DNA of 63,162 nucleotides, counting the filler, from Globobulimina sp. (lineage: Eukaryota): the NCBI GenBank assembly GCA_003354225.1. It is 31 parts of 31 records of this genome, joined end to end, with 100 filler letters (N's around TTAATTAATTAA, not from the genome) between each part and the next. Parts side by side here need not be neighbours in the genome. Positions count along the whole stretch, not along the records: positions 59,185 to 61,123 come from PIVH01010386.1; positions 61,224 to 63,162 come from PIVH01010387.1; 29 more parts are not named here. One strand, given 5' to 3'. Position numbers and translations under genes: made by a program. This document shows, one piece after another, positions 59,267-63,162 of the stretch (within the stretch, counting starts at the first letter, position 1; the number at the start of each line of letters is the position of its first letter). The notes under the pieces were generated by a model that worked only from the letters and a program-made list of their open reading frames with translations, did not search any database and was not told the origin of the DNA.

Positions 59267-59596
59267 TTAATTAATATATTGAGTGAACATAACTAGATCC
59301 ATCATTTGCGAGGCAGTTCTTTTTCGATTTAAAAGCATTTGTCGCGATGTAGCTGCAGATGCGGACGTATTTATATTTGTATTTGTGTTTAATAATGTTG
59401 GTAATGGAATCATTTGCGTGGTTTGAGAGTGACGATTATCGCGTGAAGATAAGGAAGGATATTGTTGCGGTGGAGATTTAAATCGATTGTACTTTCTTGA
59501 ATGTGGACTCGTGTGCGTGTTTTTGTATTGTGTTGCATCATGATTATTTTTTTTGACATAATCACCACTAATGGGATATTGTTGTGCATGTATCAT
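59267..59596 (-). CDS. First exon of a hypothetical low-complexity protein
   Basis: ATG at 59596; likely donor near 59290; truncated by the contig end. Confidence 0.4.
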   Translation of the reverse strand: MIHAQQYPISGDYVKKNNHDATQYKNTHTSPHSRKYNRFKSPPQQYPSLSSRDNRHSQTTQMIPLPTLLNTNTNINTSASAATSRQMLLNRKRTASQMMDLVMFTQYIN

Positions 59597-59792
59597 TGTC
59601 AGATGGTCGATGACTGATGCTGTTTAGTGGAAACTTTTTTTAGTTTCAAATACTACAAACGGTTTAGAACAAAACGTACGTTTCCTTACGGCCAAGATAA
59701 CTAAATAATATTTCGTATCTTGTTAATACTACACATAATATACACACACGAAAAAACAATAAAAGCAATATTAAATGTATATTTACTGTCAT

Positions 59793-60332
59793 TTATATTT
59801 GCGTCGTATTGGAATTCATTTCCAATTCCGTTGGCGAAGCACCTAAACCATCCAAATTGCGTGTTCCATCAAACAATTCTTTTTCATATTTTTTTACAAT
59901 TTTTCGAGAAGTGCATCGCAAAACACATGAAGTACAGCAATCATCTAATTGCATACAACATTTCTCGTAATATCCTGCAGAAAATGCATACGATAACCAT
60001 AAACTATTTATAATAAACACATTGTGTACGAAACGCATAGAAAAGGCAAAATATAAATGTACCAAATCATATTGATACAACCATCCACAAACTGTAGTAA
60101 TATGCCCATTGCAGCACCATATTCAGCGTCAATATAATATGCAGAGGCAGAGGCAATATATAATATGCAGAAGCGAACAATCCCACAAAATAATGTTGTA
60201 CTGAATGCGATGGTTGATAAGGATACATATTTAGAAGCACTGCTAATTAACGTTTTATATTGATGCTGTTTCTTCAATCCTGCACTTAACTTATTTCGTA
60301 ACGAACTTGCACTGCTCACAAAAACATTGCTC
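59793..60332 (-). CDS. C-terminal exons of a multi-TM (GPCR-like) eukaryotic protein
   Basis: SKYVSLSTIAFSTT...DGCINMIC|LWLSYAFS..YYEKCC..LD.CC; intron 60004-60062; acceptor at 60333-60334. Confidence 0.7.
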
Positions 60333-60432
60333 CTAGATATTTAGATACGCTTATTAAAGATAAATCGGATAGGCTAGAAGAACAGTGAAATAAATCTGTT
60401 TAGGACTAAAAGTTTCAATGCTATCATGACAG

Positions 60433-60438
60433 AAGGGG
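60433..60438 (+). promoter_or_regulatory. Shine-Dalgarno-like site
   Basis: AAGGGG 6 nt upstream of ATG 60445. Confidence 0.5.
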
Positions 60439-60444
60439 ACTAAC

Positions 60445-61123
60445 ATGACATCACAGAACTCAAAATTAGTACAAAGACCGTTAACCATAAAGGACCGTGA
60501 ACAATACGGACATATGCTGCATAGCGCCTTTAATGCTTGGTATTGGGATCATGGGTGGGGACGCGATTATTTTAGCTGCACACCCGATGAGGCCGCTGTA
60601 TTTTTTGATATTTACAATGACTTAAACCCGGGGTGTAGCATTGCATTTTTTGACCCTGAAACGGATGCCATGGCAGGGGCATGTTTTTACCATCCTCGCG
60701 ATCATCATATGAGCCTCGGCATTATGGCGGTTAATCCTGATTATTTTGGCCGCGGTGTAGGCAGAGCGCTAGTCAACGGCATCATTAAACAAATGGAAAA
60801 CCGCGGGCTAAACTCCCTAAGGCTTGTCTCTAGTGCGATGAATATGGATAGCTTTTCTTTGTATAACCGCTCTGGACTTGTGCCGCGAGTATCGTTTAAC
60901 GACATGATACTGGAAGTGCCCAAGGAAGGCATGGCGGTCTCAGTGCCAAAACAAGAATTTGTTAGAAAGGCCGTAAAAGGCGATGTTGAAGCGATGGCAG
61001 CGCTTGAATTTGAAATAAGCGGGATCAGTCGCAAGCAAGACTATGAGTATGCCATAGAAAACAAGCGTGGCTTCTTACATGCAGCTGTTCTTGAAAATGA
61101 AAAGCTTGCACGTGCAGCTCAGG
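60445..61123 (+). CDS. Bacterial-type GNAT N-acetyltransferase (tandem GNAT-like), 3'-truncated
   Basis: Motif A MAVNPDYFGRGVGRAL; SFSLYNRSG; intronless, higher GC, SD-like site. Confidence 0.85.
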
Positions 61124-61223
61124 NNNNNNNNNNNNNNNNNNNNNNNNNNNNNNNNNNNNNNNNNNNNTTAATTAATTAANNNNNNNNNNNNNNNNNNNNN
61201 NNNNNNNNNNNNNNNNNNNNNNN

Positions 61224-61584
61224 TATCACTTCGTACGACTTCTTCAGCTGCTGAGACAATTGTCCATCTTTGAATACCCCCATGATCTACGGTTGCAGTA
61301 TCAGCAAAACTTATCTCATATCGAGACCTTAAAATACGTCTAATTCCAGCAACACTCGAGTCAGCGGTTAGATTCGATACAATAATCGCTCTAAACATAC
61401 CAGCAACTGTACTTTGCGAATCTGCAAAAATCGCAGTTGTTGGAGGTGGCGGTGAGAGCATCCTTCTTTGATATCCTACATTCTCCGCTCTTAAGGCATG
61501 ATCTAAATTAAATCTCGTATTAATAATACTGTGGAAATTTGGTTCGTTATCAGCCAAATGATTCATTAATGTTTCTTGTTCATT
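61224..61584 (-). CDS. Hypothetical coding fragment, divergent from the next ORF
   Basis: Open from about 61584 to the contig start; protein-like composition. Confidence 0.4.
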
Positions 61585-61588
61585 TTAG

Positions 61589-62438
61589 ATATTCAACAAC
61601 AAGTCATTACTTAACAAATTTTGTATGGCGATTGTTTTATCGTTCAGAAGCACCGATTGGAATGGCAGATATTGTCCTTACTTTAGTTCAAATCTGTGGC
61701 GGTAATGCTGGTAATAATTGGGGTGTTTTTTTGCAGTCTTTATTGCAAGAAGAGCGATTTGTATTGCGAGGAGACGCTCAAAGAGAGGTATTTCGATTGT
61801 TAACAGAAGATTGGTTGCAATTGACTGACGCTGCACAGCAATCTTTACAAAATGGTCTAGATATGCAGCATAATGAAACCATTATTGCAGCATTGGGAGA
61901 TGGTTTAACAAACGCTTTGACGCCAGCTGCGGAAATATATCGTGAGGTGTTTGAAGTGTATAGAGTTTTATATCACCAATCACATTCTTATGCATTGGAA
62001 TTAGATGAATTATTACAAGATGCTGCTAATGCTGATCAATGTGTCCGTGTTCTTGAAAGGATAAGAGATGCAATAATTGCACGTGGCACAATACCAACCA
62101 ATATGTTAATAATATCAATAGGTTGGTTGATATCTTGGATTGAAGTAAATGGAGACGACACAGTGACATTGGATAACCAGGTAACATTAACAATTGTTGA
62201 ACGTTTAGCTATATTTGCGATGGGTAACCGATATGGATTTAATGATCGCCGTTGTGATTTGAGGATTGTTAGATCAAGACATCACGATCAAGATATATAT
62301 CTAAGAGCAAATACGTGTAGACCAGAATTAGTGCTTCCGATATTATCGCGCGGGGATCGTCATATATTTATAAGGGGGCTTGACCAACTATTTCGCTCAA
62401 CCAACCAATATGCAACAAACTCATTTACATCCATTTAA
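61589..62438 (+). CDS. Hypothetical alpha-helical protein (C-terminal part)
   Basis: About 280 open codons ending in TAA at 62438. Confidence 0.55.
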
Positions 62439-63162
62439 GGTGCAAAAGGACCACGTGTTGTTTTGACATATTTTGACAATTAATTAAAGGTGTTTTCAAT
62501 ACCCAATACCAACAATTGCAAAGTCCTATAATTTGTTATTTTGTTTTCATTAAGAATATTATAATAGTTCGCAACCATTTTTTGGTAAACAATGCCTTTT
62601 GGTATACAATGCCTACATTTTCCAAACACAAATATCACTGTACCCATTCCATAGTAAATTAGTTTTTATGGGGAAATTTTCACCCATTCACATTATATCA
62701 TTTGCATTTTCACACCAATTTAAATCAATGGGTTTGGTTGTCACCAAATTTCAAGACGGTAGGATTGCGCACAGACTTGGATTGTATATTTTCTCTAAGC
62801 TGCTGGTGCCTGGTGCCATGACAGCATGGTTAGTATGGTTAGTTAGCTTAGTTTTGTTAAAAATGTAGCTTTAAAATTTAAAATGTTATTTATTTATCAA
62901 AGAGCACCCATACATGGGGTATTGACCACGAATTATCCGTTTCTATCAATACCTCTCTAAATACACAGTCAATACTTGTTTTTGCATTATATTTATTCTT
63001 ATTTTATCGTTATTGATATGCATGATATATAATACTATGATATATAATGACATTTTAGAAGAAAATAAATTGTGGAGATTGGGGATATGTTCAGATGGAA
63101 CGATGGAGAAAATAAATGATGTTTACATCGGTCAATTAATGGCACAAAAAGGGATATCAAAC

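Noticed and set aside
1-63162. Operon-like or system-level linkage between neighbouring contigs (for example viral capsid next to GNAT)
   Set aside because: Contigs are ordered by length only; adjacency across linkers carries no information.

Overview
This is not one locus. The window joins 31 unrelated contigs of about 1.94 kb (1943 down to 1939 bp, sorted by length) with 30 synthetic 100-bp linkers (N44-TTAATTAATTAA-N44), so no synteny can be read across linkers. Most contigs are AT-rich eukaryotic DNA with mostly short (about 50-75 nt) GT-AG introns and very compact head-to-head gene pairs. The gene families (PT-repeat Cys-rich proteins, many 7TM-like proteins, HSPA12, CDPK) suggest a rhizarian, probably foraminiferan, genome; this is an inference. 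Recognisable genes include TMEM258/OST5, ISCA2, MPP-alpha, a SKP1-like protein, POP4, TRAPPC6, Elongin A, twinfilin, BCAT, MRM1, HSPA12, a class C GPCR, a CDPK and a RING-PHD protein. The most notable items are: (1) a Maverick/Polinton (adintovirus-type) penton, small basic ORF and hexon module whose major capsid gene has two spliceosomal introns; (2) an intron-containing, putatively N-acylated, bacterial-type two-cysteine glutamate/aspartate racemase; (3) a CRE-like RLE non-LTR retrotransposon; (4) a BCAT contig that closes on itself (circle or tandem array); (5) a bacterial-looking GNAT gene abutting a spliced eukaryotic gene; (6) several diverged foldback/MITE-like inverted repeats, an ADP-ribosyltransferase-like orphan, and a secreted 8-Cys peptide. 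All family calls come from motif recognition by eye, not database searches.
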